This document shows, piece by piece, positions 19,139 to 31,555 of a DNA stretch of 64,000 nucleotides. Under the pieces are notes generated by a model that saw only the letters and a program-made list of their open reading frames with translations, had not been told where the DNA came from and did no database searches. The position numbers were made by a program, and so were the translations under genes. The DNA comes from an uncultured Acidobacteriota bacterium (GTDB taxonomy: Bacteria > Acidobacteriota > Vicinamibacteria > Vicinamibacterales > SCN-69-37). The stretch spans positions 88,025 through 152,024 of the forward strand of contig CAWAEG010000009.1 in the NCBI GenBank assembly GCA_963780895.1, in the 5' to 3' direction. Position 1 is the stretch's first letter. Every line of letters starts with the position of its first letter.

Positions 19139-19672
19139 ATGGAACAGACGCTGCTCCTGAACGCGACCTACGAGCCGTTGCGCGTCGTGCACTGGCAGAA
19201 GGCCATCACCCTCTGGTGCCAGGGGAAGGTGGAGATTGTCTCCAGCTACGACCGCGAGGTCCGTTCCGTCTCGTTCAGCATCCGGCTGCCCTCGGTGATC
19301 CGCCTGCTGCGGCGGATCCGGATGCGCCGGACCGTGGAGTACGTGCCGTTTTCGCGCGCCAACATCTACGCGCGCGACAACCACTCCTGCCAGTATTGCG
19401 GCGATCCGTTTCCGACGAACGAGCTGACGTTCGACCATGTCGTGCCGGTCGCGCACGGCGGCCGCAAGGACTGGGAGAACATCGTCACCTGCTGCATCGG
19501 CTGCAACCGCAAGAAGGGTGGACGCACCCCCGAGCAGGCTGGGATGCGGCTCATCCGTCATCCGCGCCGGCCGGATCGCGCGCCGGCCATTCGCATCACG
19601 TTCGGCCTGCGCAACGCGCCTGAAAGCTGGCGCGACTACGTCTACTGGAACGTCGAGCTCGACGACGCGTAA
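19139..19672 (+). CDS. HNH endonuclease (McrA-like small HNH protein).
   Basis: CQYCG...LTFDHVVPVAHGG...NIVTCCIGCNRKKG. ATG 19139 is preferred over the TTG at 19094. A possible TTGACA-N18-GAAAAT promoter lies at 19094-19123. Confidence 0.8.
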   Translation: MEQTLLLNATYEPLRVVHWQKAITLWCQGKVEIVSSYDREVRSVSFSIRLPSVIRLLRRIRMRRTVEYVPFSRANIYARDNHSCQYCGDPFPTNELTFDHVVPVAHGGRKDWENIVTCCIGCNRKKGGRTPEQAGMRLIRHPRRPDRAPAIRITFGLRNAPESWRDYVYWNVELDDA

Positions 19673-20698
19673 GTGTCTCAGGTCATCACCGACATTGTGC
19701 CGCGCTGGGTCGTCCCTGGGGCCCGCGTTGCCGTTACCGGTGTGCACCTCCCCCTCTCCGCCGACGGGCCACCGCACGTGCTCATCGGCAAGCACAACGC
19801 GCATGTCGTCGCCGCGTCCCGGCAGGGCATCCGTTTCGTCGTGCCCGCGGACGTCGAAGGCGGATCGATGCCGATCCGCATCGATGAGCTGCTCGGCGAT
19901 TCCACGACGCTCGAGGTGGCGCGAATCCTGGCGAACGGCGTCCACCAGGTGGACAGTCCGGCCTTCGATCGGCTCGGCCGTTTGTACGTCACGCAGAGCG
20001 GCAGCCGCGACACGAAAGTTCCCGTGCCGCTCTACCGGATTGGCCTCGATGGCGTCCGCGAGCCGCTCGCCGTCGAAGTCGCCAACCCGACGTCGCTCGC
20101 GCTTGGACCGGACGGGATGGTCTACATCTCGAGCCGCTTCGAAGGCCACGTTCACCGGCTGACGGCCGACGACCGCGTCGAGCTCTATGCGACGGAACTG
20201 GGCGTGCCCACCGGGCTCGCCTTCGCGCCCGACGGCACGCTGTTCGTGGGCGATCGATCGGGATCGATTCTGCGCGTTTCACCCGAGCGGCAGGTCGAGA
20301 CGTTCGCATCGCTTCCGGCAAGCGTCGCCGCGTTTCATCTCGCGTACGGTCCGGACGGGTCCCTGTACGCCACGGCGCCGACCCTCGCGACACACGATCC
20401 CGTCTATCGCATCACGCCCGACCGGCTGGTCGACGTCTTGTGCGACGGCTTCGGACGGCCGCAGGGACTTGCGTTCGATTCGAGCGGCGCGCTCTACGTG
20501 GCCGATGCGCTCGCCGGCAATGCCGGCCTCTACCGGATCGATCTCGCCGCCAAACCTCCCAAGCCCGAGCTGGTGCTGGGCGCACCGATGCTGGTGGGCG
20601 TGGCGTTCGATCCGCGCGGCGGGCTGATCCTCGCGTCGAACGACACCGTCTGGAAGCTCGACGTCGATTTGAAGCCGTTCGCAGCTCCCGCGAAGTAG
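19673..20698 (+). CDS. IPT/TIG domain fused to an NHL/SMP-30-like beta-propeller, function unknown.
   Basis: The N-terminal ~75 aa are Ig-like (VAVTGVHLP...IRFVVPADVEGGSMPIRI). Repeated blades follow: PTSLALGPDGMVYIS, PTGLAFAPDGTLFVGD, PQGLAFDSSGALYVAD. GTG 19673 directly abuts the HNH stop. Confidence 0.65.
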   Translation: MSQVITDIVPRWVVPGARVAVTGVHLPLSADGPPHVLIGKHNAHVVAASRQGIRFVVPADVEGGSMPIRIDELLGDSTTLEVARILANGVHQVDSPAFDRLGRLYVTQSGSRDTKVPVPLYRIGLDGVREPLAVEVANPTSLALGPDGMVYISSRFEGHVHRLTADDRVELYATELGVPTGLAFAPDGTLFVGDRSGSILRVSPERQVETFASLPASVAAFHLAYGPDGSLYATAPTLATHDPVYRITPDRLVDVLCDGFGRPQGLAFDSSGALYVADALAGNAGLYRIDLAAKPPKPELVLGAPMLVGVAFDPRGGLILASNDTVWKLDVDLKPFAAPAK

Positions 20699-20708
20699 AA
20701 GGCCCACC

Positions 20709-22187
20709 ATGAGCCTTCTCCGCGTGAAGCCGATCGACGCGCTCGACGTTTCGGGCGATCAGTCGCTCAAGCGTGTGCTTGGGGCCAGCGATCTCGTCAT
20801 GCTGGCGATTGGCGCGGTCATCGGCGCCGGCATCTTCGGCGCGATCGGAACGGCGGCGGCGGGGCAGACCGGACCCAACGGCGAGGTCATCCGGTACGGC
20901 GCCGGGCCGGCGCTCATCTTTTCCTTCATCCTGCTCGGCTGCGCGTGCGGCCTCGCGGCGCTCTGCTATGCGGAGCTCGCGTCGATGATTCCGCAGGCTG
21001 GAAGCGCGTACGCGTATTCGTACGCGACGCTCGGCGAGCTCGTGGCGTGGATCATCGGCTGGGACCTGATTCTCGAATACGCGGTTGGCAACGTCGCGGT
21101 CGCGATTTCGTGGGGCGACTACTTCAAGACGCTCATCGCGGGCATCGGCCTCGCGCTGCCTGACTGGCTCGCGACGGGATACCGCACCGCGCTCCTGAGC
21201 GCCAATCCCGACGTGCACGGCCTGCTCCAGACGGCGCCCCGGCTGGTGGGGATGCCGATCCTCGTGAACCTGCCGGCGTTCGCCATCGTGATGGTCGTGA
21301 CGTGGCTGCTCCTGCGAGGCGCGCGCGAGAGCTCCACCGCGAACAAGGTGATGGTGGCCCTGAAACTCGCTGCACTCACGCTCTTCATTGTCGTCGGGCT
21401 GACCAGGATCGACGCGGCGAACTACACGCCGTTCGCGCCGAACGGATTCACGGGCATCCATCAAGGCGCCGCGATCGTGTTCTTCGCGTACATCGGGTTC
21501 GACGCGATCTCGACCGCCGCCGAGGAAACCCGCAATCCGCAGCGGAACCTGCCGATCGGCATTCTGGGCGGGCTCGCGATCTGCACCGTGATCTACGTCA
21601 TCGTCGGGATCGTGCTCACCGGCATCGTGCCGTACCAGACACTCGGCGTCGCCGATCCGCTGGCGTACGCGCTCAATGCCGTCGGTCTCACCGGTGTCGG
21701 CTGGATCGTGGCGCTCGGCGCGGCGATCTCGATGACGACGGTACTGCTGGTCTTCCAATACGGCCAGCCGCGCATCTTCTTCGCGATGGCGCGCGACGGC
21801 CTGCTCCCGAAGTGGGCCGCGCGCGTCGATCCCAAGACGCGCATTCCGTACGTGACGACGCTGGTAACGGGGATCGTCGTGGCGGTGGCCTCGGCCGTCG
21901 GGGACGCGGCGGAGACCTACGACCTGACGAACATCGGAACGCTCTTCGCCTTCGCGCTCGTCTGCATCGGCGTGCTGATTCTCCGCGTGAAGGAGCCGGA
22001 CCGTCCGCGAGCGTTCAAAGTGCCGTTCGTCTGGATCGTCGCTCCGCTCGGCGCCGCGGCGTGCATCTTCATCATGCAGGGCCTGCCAAGCCAGGCATGG
22101 ACGCGCTTTGGCTGGTGGCTGCTCATCGGCATCGTGCTGTATTTCACGTACGGGTACCGGAACAGCCGGCTGCGGGGGCGGGAGTAG
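20709..22187 (+). CDS. APC-superfamily amino acid permease (cationic amino acid transporter-like).
   Basis: 492-aa intact ORF with about 12 hydrophobic helices. The N-terminus LKRVLGASDLVMLAIGAVIGAGIF is typical of the family. Confidence 0.8.
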   Translation: MSLLRVKPIDALDVSGDQSLKRVLGASDLVMLAIGAVIGAGIFGAIGTAAAGQTGPNGEVIRYGAGPALIFSFILLGCACGLAALCYAELASMIPQAGSAYAYSYATLGELVAWIIGWDLILEYAVGNVAVAISWGDYFKTLIAGIGLALPDWLATGYRTALLSANPDVHGLLQTAPRLVGMPILVNLPAFAIVMVVTWLLLRGARESSTANKVMVALKLAALTLFIVVGLTRIDAANYTPFAPNGFTGIHQGAAIVFFAYIGFDAISTAAEETRNPQRNLPIGILGGLAICTVIYVIVGIVLTGIVPYQTLGVADPLAYALNAVGLTGVGWIVALGAAISMTTVLLVFQYGQPRIFFAMARDGLLPKWAARVDPKTRIPYVTTLVTGIVVAVASAVGDAAETYDLTNIGTLFAFALVCIGVLILRVKEPDRPRAFKVPFVWIVAPLGAAACIFIMQGLPSQAWTRFGWWLLIGIVLYFTYGYRNSRLRGRE

Positions 22188-22194
22188 GCTGAAC

Positions 22195-22265
22195 GGCCAA
22201 AGGCCAAAGCCGGAGAGCGTTACCCGCCTTCAATTACCCAATTACCCGAATTACCCGATTACCCG
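22195..22265. repeat. Two short tandem word tracts (ggccaaa x2; attacccN x4).
   Basis: ggccaaaggccaaagcc at 22195-22211 and ttacccgccttcaattacccaattacccgaattacccgattacccg at 22220-22265. The second ends at the ATG of the next gene. Confidence 0.75.
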
Positions 22266-23406
22266 ATGTCGTTCCCCCTCACCGGTGTCCGCGTCCTGGA
22301 TCTCACTCGTCTCGTCCCGGGCGCCTTTGCGACGTTGATGCTCGCGGAGATGGGCGCGGAGGTGATCAAGGTCGAAGATCCCGCGGGGCGGGGATCCGAT
22401 GCGCCATTTCCCGCCTTTGCTCGACGGGCGTGGCGTCTACGATTTGCTGCTCAACCGCGGGAAGAAGAGCGTCGCGCTCGATTTGCGCGCCCCCGACAGC
22501 GCAGGCGTTCTCGATCGATTGGTCGCGCGTGCGGACATCGTCGTCGAGAGCTTCCGGCCGGCGACGGCGAAGCGGCTCGGCGTGTCGGCGGAGCAGATGC
22601 GCGCCCGGCATCCGCGGCTGATTCATTGCTCCATCACGGGGTACGGGCAAACGGGTCCCTACGCGGACCGGCCGGGTCACGATCTGAACTACGTCGCCCT
22701 GTCGGGTGTGCTCGGGCTGGATCAGCCACAGCCGGCGACGCTCCCGAGGATGTTTCTGGCGGACGTCGGCGGCGGAGCCATGAGCTCCGTTGTCGGGATC
22801 CTCGCGGCGCTTTACGGGCGCGAGCGGACCGGCGAAGGCGCGTCCATCGATCTGTCCATGCACGAGGCGGCGCTGTACTGGCTCATGCTGCCCGCCGCCC
22901 GCGAGCTGCTCGACCAGGGAGCGCGCGCGACGGGGGAGTTGCCCGTCTTCGGGGCCCACGCCTGCTACAACGTCTACGAGACGCGCGACGGAAGACACGT
23001 GGCGCTCGGCGCGCTCGAGCCGAAGTTCTGGAGCGCGTTCTGCTGTGCGCTCGGGCGCGAGGATCTGCTGTCCAGGCAGCTCACCGAAGGTGACGATCAG
23101 GCCGAGGTCATCGCCGAAGTCCGGCGGACGTTCGTCACCCGCACCCGCGACGAGTGGGTCGCGTTCTTCGAGGGCCATGACGTCGCGCTGACACCGGTCA
23201 ACGGGCCGGCTGAGGCCCTGGCCGATCCACATGTCACCGCGCGCGGGACGGTGGTACGCGGCCGGGACCTTCGCGCCGTTCGACCTCCGTTCGCGCGGGC
23301 CGTGGCCGATCTTTGCCCGGCGCCCGCGCTCGGTGAACACACGGAGGAGGTGCTTCAGGGCTGCTACAATGGCCTGTTGGGCTCAGGGCTGGAAGAGGCC
23401 ACATAA
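22266..23406 (+). pseudogene. Family III CoA-transferase (CaiB/BaiF-like). Frame break at ~22386-22389.
   Basis: The sequence starts [41 protein letters not shown] and then continues in the next frame as (G)[31 protein letters not shown]...[21 protein letters not shown]. There is one extra base in the run gcggggcgggg. Confidence 0.8.
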
Positions 23407-23411
23407 GACCG

Positions 23412-26303
<2,892 letters not shown>

Positions 26304-26495
26304 CACTTGTGGCTTCGATGACACGCGCCTTCGTGGGGTGGTGTGTCAGGATTGACACGTAGAATGGACGATCCAATCCGGAGTTCGAGGCCTTGGTCTT
26401 GCGTAAGTCCATACGGGCGAAAGGGTTAACCGCAAAAGTCCACGCCTGCCGCCAATTGGCAATCCGCTTGCTTCAAGCGTGGCGGCCTTAGACGT

Positions 26496-27407
26496 ATGTC
26501 GGCTCAACGAACGCTTCGGCGGACGGTGCATTGCACTGGAATCGGCCTCCACTCGGGTCAACGGGTCAAAGTCTTCCTCAAGCCGGCTCCAGCCGATTAC
26601 GGCATTCGATTCCAACGTACGGACCTGGCAGGGACGGAGATTCCAGCCCACATCTCACATTTGGGTGCTCAACAGCACCTCCAGACCAGCCTGGTCTCGG
26701 GACACGCGGCCGTGGACACCGTCGAGCACCTCCTGGCGGCGCTTCGCAGCCTGGGCATCGACAACGCCTGCGTGGAGCTCGACCACTCGGAAGTGCCCAT
26801 CATGGACGGCAGCTCGGCGCCCTGGGTCTACCTGATTCAGGATGCCGGCGTGAAAGAACTCGCGTCGCCCCGCAAGTCGATCCAGGTGCTGCGCCAGGTG
26901 CACGTGCAGCAGGGCGACAAGCGGATCGCGGTGTACCCGTCGGACCGCTTCAAAATCAGCTACACGATCCGGTTCGACCACCCGCTCCTCCGCCACCAGC
27001 AGAAGACGCTCGACCTCGACGAACAGGTGTTCATCGACGAAATCGCACCGGCCCGGACGTTCGGCTTTTTGAAAGAAGTCGAGATGCTCCGCCAGCGTGG
27101 CATGGCGCTCGGCGGCTCGCTCGAGAACGCCATCGTGCTCGGCGAAACGGGCGTGCTGAACCCGCTGCGGTTCGAGGACGAGTTCGTGCGCCACAAGATC
27201 CTGGACGTCCTCGGCGACCTCGCCCTTGTCGGGCATCCGATTCTCGGACACCTCGTCGTGCACCGCGGCGGTCACGCGCTGCACACCGCCTTCGCGGCCG
27301 AGCTGCTTCGTCAGCGGGACGCGTGGCGCTTCGTCGAGATTCCGGACGGCGCCGATCTCTACGGCAGCCGGGTGCCCGCGCCTCTCGGCCAGCACGTCGC
27401 GCACTGA
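26496..27407 (+). CDS. lpxC: UDP-3-O-acyl-N-acetylglucosamine deacetylase.
   Basis: GIGLHSG, VEHLLAAL, EVPIMDGSS and HKILDVLGDLAL are characteristic LpxC motifs. Confidence 0.9.
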   Translation: MSAQRTLRRTVHCTGIGLHSGQRVKVFLKPAPADYGIRFQRTDLAGTEIPAHISHLGAQQHLQTSLVSGHAAVDTVEHLLAALRSLGIDNACVELDHSEVPIMDGSSAPWVYLIQDAGVKELASPRKSIQVLRQVHVQQGDKRIAVYPSDRFKISYTIRFDHPLLRHQQKTLDLDEQVFIDEIAPARTFGFLKEVEMLRQRGMALGGSLENAIVLGETGVLNPLRFEDEFVRHKILDVLGDLALVGHPILGHLVVHRGGHALHTAFAAELLRQRDAWRFVEIPDGADLYGSRVPAPLGQHVAH

Positions 27408-27448
27408 GCGTATCAAGAAGGAAAAATCTGGCAGTCTGAGCGACGGGA

Positions 27449-27464
27449 CCGCCCGCGCGGGCGG
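27449..27464. other. GC palindrome between the convergent genes lpxC and the 93-aa ORF.
   Basis: ccgcccgcgcgggcgg is a perfect palindrome abutting the minus-strand stop at 27465-27467. No T-run follows. Confidence 0.3.
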
Positions 27465-27746
27465 CTAATCTTCAGTGGCGCGATTGGCCTTTCGCACGAG
27501 GGCCACCAACCGATCGTTTTCGAACCGGTTGAAGCTCATGAAGAGGCTCTCCTTGAGGTAGGCCTGCAGCTCTTCCGGCGTCATCTGCGACACGATGTTC
27601 TGGATCTCGTGATCCACGTCTTCGAAGCCGTAGTCGAGCCCCTTCTGCCGCGCAAGGTCTCGCGAGATGATCTCGATGATCGCGAGGGCGTCCCCGTCGA
27701 GATCCACGCGGGTGCCCGCCGTGGTCGTGATGGTACGCATCGTCAT
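27465..27746 (-). CDS. 93-aa acidic hypothetical protein, last gene of the ECF sigma / STAS operon.
   Basis: The protein-like part starts MTMRTITTTAGTRVDLDGDALAIIEIISRDL. Its ATG (27746) overlaps the STAS stop in an ATGA junction. I recognise no motif. Confidence 0.6.
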   Translation of the reverse strand: MTMRTITTTAGTRVDLDGDALAIIEIISRDLARQKGLDYGFEDVDHEIQNIVSQMTPEELQAYLKESLFMSFNRFENDRLVALVRKANRATED

Positions 27747-28084
27747 CCTCCGAAGCTCGCGAGCGCGGACGCCTGGTCGGCATGCACCTCGAGGAAGTTG
27801 TGCGCGCCCGTCATCTGCAACATCGTCTCGACGCGCTTCTGCACGCCCGTGAGCTTGAGCGACCCGCCCGCCGCCTGCGCCTGGCGGAACAGATCCATGA
27901 GGCACCCGATCGTCGCGCTGTCCACGTAGCTGACCGGCGTGAGATCGACCAGGATCTTCTTCTCGCCCGCGCCGATGAGGTTCGTGGCCGCGGTCGCGAA
28001 ATCGGCCAGGATGGGATAGGTCAGCCGGGTTTCCTTCACCAGCAGCAGGACGACGCCGTCGATGTGAGAGGTCGTGACGTTCAT
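27743..28084 (-). CDS. STAS-domain protein (anti-sigma-factor antagonist, SpoIIAA/RsbV-like).
   Basis: 113 aa with LVDLTPVSYVDSATIGCLMDLFRQAQAAGGSLKLTGV. The start overlaps the sigma gene stop by 4 nt. Confidence 0.8.
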   Translation of the reverse strand: MNVTTSHIDGVVLLLVKETRLTYPILADFATAATNLIGAGEKKILVDLTPVSYVDSATIGCLMDLFRQAQAAGGSLKLTGVQKRVETMLQMTGAHNFLEVHADQASALASFGG

Positions 28085-28704
28085 TCGGTTCCTCCGCGCG
28101 AAGCCGGCTTCACCGCCGGTCCGCGAGACTGAAGACGACGCAACTGCCGGGCGAGCTCGAGCCGCCCGCGATTGATCCGCGACTTGACCGTTCCCTCCGG
28201 CAGGTCGAGCTTGTCGGCGATCTCCTGATACGAGAACTCCTGCAGGTCGCGAAGCACCACCGCCTCCCGAAGCGCTTCGGGCAGCTCGGCCAGCGCCTGC
28301 CGGATGAGATGCCGCAAATCGAGCTGCTCCAGCTCGCCGTGCGGACCCCGGTCGCGCGACACCGGCATCAGATCGGCGGCGTCCACGTCCCGGGCCATCG
28401 TCTCACGTTCCTTGCGGACGCTGCGGTAGTGGTCGATGCAGAGGTTGCGGCTGATGCTGATCAGCCAGGTCTGGAAGTTGGCGCGCCGATCGAACGTGTG
28501 GAGCGCCCGGAAAATCTTGAGAAAAATGTCCTGGGTGAGGTCTTCGGCCTCGTCGTGACGGCCGACGAACTTGTAGGCGAGGTTGAAGACCTTGCGCCAG
28601 TGCTGGCGGACGATCTGCTCCCAGGCCTCCTGATCGCCCGAGAGACACCGCGCAATCAATTCGTCGGTGACGGTAGCCGGCGCAACATTGGGATCGGTGG
28701 ACAT
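28081..28704 (-). CDS. ECF-type RNA polymerase sigma-70 family factor.
   Basis: Region 2 is DLTQDIFLKIFRALHTFDRRANFQTWLISISRNLCIDHYRS and region 4 is SYQEIADKLDLPEGTVKSRINRGR. ATG 28704 is preferred over TTG 28737. Confidence 0.85.
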   Translation of the reverse strand: MSTDPNVAPATVTDELIARCLSGDQEAWEQIVRQHWRKVFNLAYKFVGRHDEAEDLTQDIFLKIFRALHTFDRRANFQTWLISISRNLCIDHYRSVRKERETMARDVDAADLMPVSRDRGPHGELEQLDLRHLIRQALAELPEALREAVVLRDLQEFSYQEIADKLDLPEGTVKSRINRGRLELARQLRRLQSRGPAVKPASRGGTE

Positions 28705-28736
28705 CGACGAGATCGGCGGGTCCGCGCATGATAACA

Positions 28737-28793
28737 AAGACCTCGGGTTTCGTTTTTTTGAGCCTGACGACCAAAAACGAAACCCGAGGTCTT
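28737..28793. repeat. ACCTCGGGTTTC hairpin family, copy 2 (perfect 21-bp stem).
   Basis: aagacctcgggtttcgttttt - ttgagcctgacgacc - aaaaacgaaacccgaggtctt, in the divergent sigma/lysA spacer. Confidence 0.85.
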
Positions 28794-28810
28794 ACAATGT
28801 CCGGTCCGCC

Positions 28811-30052
28811 ATGCCGTTTCGCCACGTACAGGGAACGCTCACTTGCGATGATGTCCCGCTCGACCAGATCGCGCGCGCAACGGGCACGCCCGTACACGTC
28901 TACAGCGCGGCGACGATCGTCGATCGCCATCGGGCGCTGGACGCCGCGGTGGACGCGCACCCGCACCGGCTGCACTACGCCATCAAAGCGAACTCCACCC
29001 TCGGCATCGTCCGGCTGATGCGCGAGCTCGGCGCGTCAGCCGACGCGAACTCCGGCGGCGAAATCGAAGTCGCCCTGCGCGCCGGCTTCAAGCCCGCCGA
29101 CATCGTGTTCACCGGCGTGGGCAAGACCGGCGCGGAGCTCGACCGCGCCATAGGCCTCCACCTCGGCGCAATCAACGTCGAGTCGTCCGGCGAGATGGAC
29201 CGGATCGCGGCCCGCGCGCAGACACAGAACACACGCGTGCGAACCGCCGTCCGCATCAACCCGGATGTGGACGCCGGCAGCCACCCGCACATCTCCACCG
29301 GCCGCCTCGACACCAAGTTCGGCATGACCGTCGAGGACGCGACGACCTTGATCCGAAAGATGTCGCGACACCCTCACCTGCAGGTCGTGGGCCTCCACGT
29401 CCACGTCGGCTCGCAGGTGACGACGACGGAGCCGCTTGCGCGGGCGTCGGCGACGCTGGCGGACCTCGCCCGCGCCCTCGCCGCCGAAGGCATCCACCTC
29501 GAACACCTCGATCTCGGCGGCGGCCTTGGCCTCGCCTACGAGCCCGGACAGAAGATCCTCTCCGTCGAGGAGTACGCCGAAGCCATCCTCCCGCCAATCC
29601 GCGCCGCGGGCCTGACCCTGCTTCTCGAACCCGGCCGATGGATCGTCGGACCCGCCGGCGTCCTGCTCGCCACGGTCGTGGACATCAAACCCAGACCGGC
29701 AGGCGGGTCGTTCGTCATCGTGGACGCCGGGCTGACCGATCTGTTGCGGCCCGCGCTCTACGGCGCGTGGCACGGCATCGAGCCCGTGACGCCCCGATCC
29801 GGTCCTCCCCTCGAGGCCGACATCGTCGGGCCGGTGTGCGAGACCTCGGACACGCTGGGCCGCGCACGCACACTGCCGCCGGTCTGCGTGGGGGATCTCG
29901 TCGCGATTCGCGATACCGGCGCCTATGGCGCGGTGATGGCCTCCAACTACAATCGGCGCCCGATGGCGAGCGAAGTGCTCGTCCAACACCAGACCTTCCA
30001 CACCATCCGTCGTCGTCAAACCATCGACGAGATGCTGCAGTGGGACGAGTGA
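28811..30052 (+). CDS. lysA: Diaminopimelate decarboxylase.
   Basis: HYAIKANS (PLP lysine), DLGGGLGLAY and GPVCETSDTL. ATG at 28811. Confidence 0.9.
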   Translation: MPFRHVQGTLTCDDVPLDQIARATGTPVHVYSAATIVDRHRALDAAVDAHPHRLHYAIKANSTLGIVRLMRELGASADANSGGEIEVALRAGFKPADIVFTGVGKTGAELDRAIGLHLGAINVESSGEMDRIAARAQTQNTRVRTAVRINPDVDAGSHPHISTGRLDTKFGMTVEDATTLIRKMSRHPHLQVVGLHVHVGSQVTTTEPLARASATLADLARALAAEGIHLEHLDLGGGLGLAYEPGQKILSVEEYAEAILPPIRAAGLTLLLEPGRWIVGPAGVLLATVVDIKPRPAGGSFVIVDAGLTDLLRPALYGAWHGIEPVTPRSGPPLEADIVGPVCETSDTLGRARTLPPVCVGDLVAIRDTGAYGAVMASNYNRRPMASEVLVQHQTFHTIRRRQTIDEMLQWDE

Positions 30053-30655
30053 TGCTCATCGCGTTCGAGGGACTCGATCAAAGCGGCAAAGCCACCCAGG
30101 CCCGACGGTTGAGCACACGGCTCGAACGGGACGGCTGGCGCGTCCACCTGATGTCGTTCCCCGACTACCGCACGCCAATCGGGCCAGGAGATCGCCAAGG
30201 CCCTGGCCGGCGAACGGGAGTTCGGGCCCGACGTCATGCAGCTCCTCTACATCGCCAACCGGTTCGAGTACAAGCCGCGCATCGACCAATGGCTCGCCGC
30301 CGGCGACGTCGTGATCTGCGATCGATTCCGCGCCTCGAGCATCGCGTACGGAGAAGCACAGGGCCTCGATCCGGTCTGGCTCGACGAAACACAACGGCTG
30401 CTGCCGACGCCGGCCGTGACGGTCTTTCTCGACATTCCGCCCGAAGCCGGCGTAAAACGCAAAGCCTCCGGGCGCGACGTGTACGAGAGAGACCTCGCGC
30501 TCCTCGAACGCGTACGCGAGAGCTACCGCCGACAGGCCCGGCAGGCCGACTGGGTCGTCATCGACGCGACGCCCGCCAAGGATGATGTTGCGGCGGCGGT
30601 CGAGCAGGCCGTCCTGCCTCGGCTCGGGCGACCGTCAGCGCCCGAACGCTCCTGA
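30049..30655 (+). pseudogene. tmk: Thymidylate kinase. Frame broken by one extra base at ~30184.
   Basis: (V)MLIAFEGLDQSGKATQARRL...FPDYRTPIG then continues in the next frame as QEIAKALAGEREFGPDVMQLLYIANRFE...DRFRASSIAYG. The start overlaps the lysA stop. Confidence 0.85.
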
Positions 30656-31350
30656 CGCCTGCCTCGAGCAGCGGCCGCGCACACGCCTCCACCGTCGCCC
30701 CCGTCGTCATCACATCGTCTATGAGGACGACCACGCGATTGCGCAGATCCAGCCGCTCGTGGAGGCGTGGCGCAAGCCGGGCGCGCCAGGTGAGCGCAAA
30801 CGCCGCGCGCACGTTTGCGTTGCGACGCGCCGCGGGCAGGGTGGCCTGCGGCGGTCCGTGCCGCACGCGCCGCAGGACACGCCAGACGGGCAGCCCGAGC
30901 TCGCGCGCAAGGTCGTCGGACTGGTTGAAACCGCGCTCGAGCGCGCGGAACGGATGGAGCGGAACGGGAATCACGGCGTCCGCGCCCGCCAGAAGATCCG
31001 CACCTGCGTCCCGCAGAAGCGCCGCAAGAGGCCTGGCGAGCCCGCGCCGGCCCTGGTACTTGAACGCGTGAACGATCGATCGCAGCGAGCCGTCGTACCG
31101 GCCCGGCGCTCCGCGCGCACGAGACCCGCGCCGGTACGCGGCGGCAACGCGCGCAGAGGTTGGCGGAGCTGCGCCACTGCCGCAGCGAATCACCGCACCG
31201 GTCGCAGCGCGGCGGAACGAGCGTCGGCACGTCGCGCCAGCACCGGTCGCAGACCGGACTCGCGAGCGGTCGCCACAGCAGGACACCACACGCCGCGCAG
31301 CCCGGCGCGAGCAAGACCCTGACGACGACATTGGCGGCCACGGCGAGCAC
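30558..31350 (-). pseudogene. comF: ComF-family phosphoribosyltransferase-like protein. Frame break at ~31100.
   Basis: The N-terminal Cys cluster (CAACG, CDRCW, CDRCG, CARC) is in the frame of ORF 30523..31350. YDGSLRSIVHAFKYQGRRGLA and the PRT motif VVVLIDDVMTTGATV are in ORF 30558..31331. There is one extra base in gccgggccgg. Confidence 0.75.
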
Positions 31351-31470
31351 GCGGGCTCGTCAGTGCAAACGCAGGGCCAGCGTGATGCGGCGCAAGAAAA
31401 CCGCTTTCACGCGGACGTACGCAAATTCTCAAGTGTCGCCACCGCGTGCGGGTGGCGATTTCTTCGATGT

Positions 31471-31543
31471 CCTGGGCCTTCCAGCCTTGGGCGTTGTGCC
31501 TTGTGCCTTGGGCCTTCGGCCCTCGGCCTATGGCCTTCGGCCT
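31471..31543. repeat. Heptamer tandem tract (gtgcctt / gggcctt / cggccct / tggcctt).
   Basis: Ten or so consecutive degenerate 7-nt units read by eye, between the rsfS stop and the comF start. Confidence 0.7.
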
Positions 31544-31555
31544 GACGGCCGACTC

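Noticed and set aside
26352-26365. TTGACA followed by TAGAAT as a sigma-70 promoter for lpxC.
   Set aside because: The two hexamers are only 2 nt apart instead of ~17. No acceptable -35 lies 17 nt upstream of TAGAAT.
28738-28810. Lysine riboswitch upstream of lysA.
   Set aside because: The leader is only ~73 nt and is taken up by a simple 21-bp hairpin of the repeat family. That is too short and too simple for an L-box.
30558-30655. 98-bp convergent overlap of the tmk and comF 3' ends.
   Set aside because: Noted but not pursued. The last ~25 aa of the comF frame (EAGRPARPPPQHHPWRASRR) look non-native. The overlap may therefore result from a further undetected indel or a lost stop codon rather than a genuine overlapping-gene arrangement.
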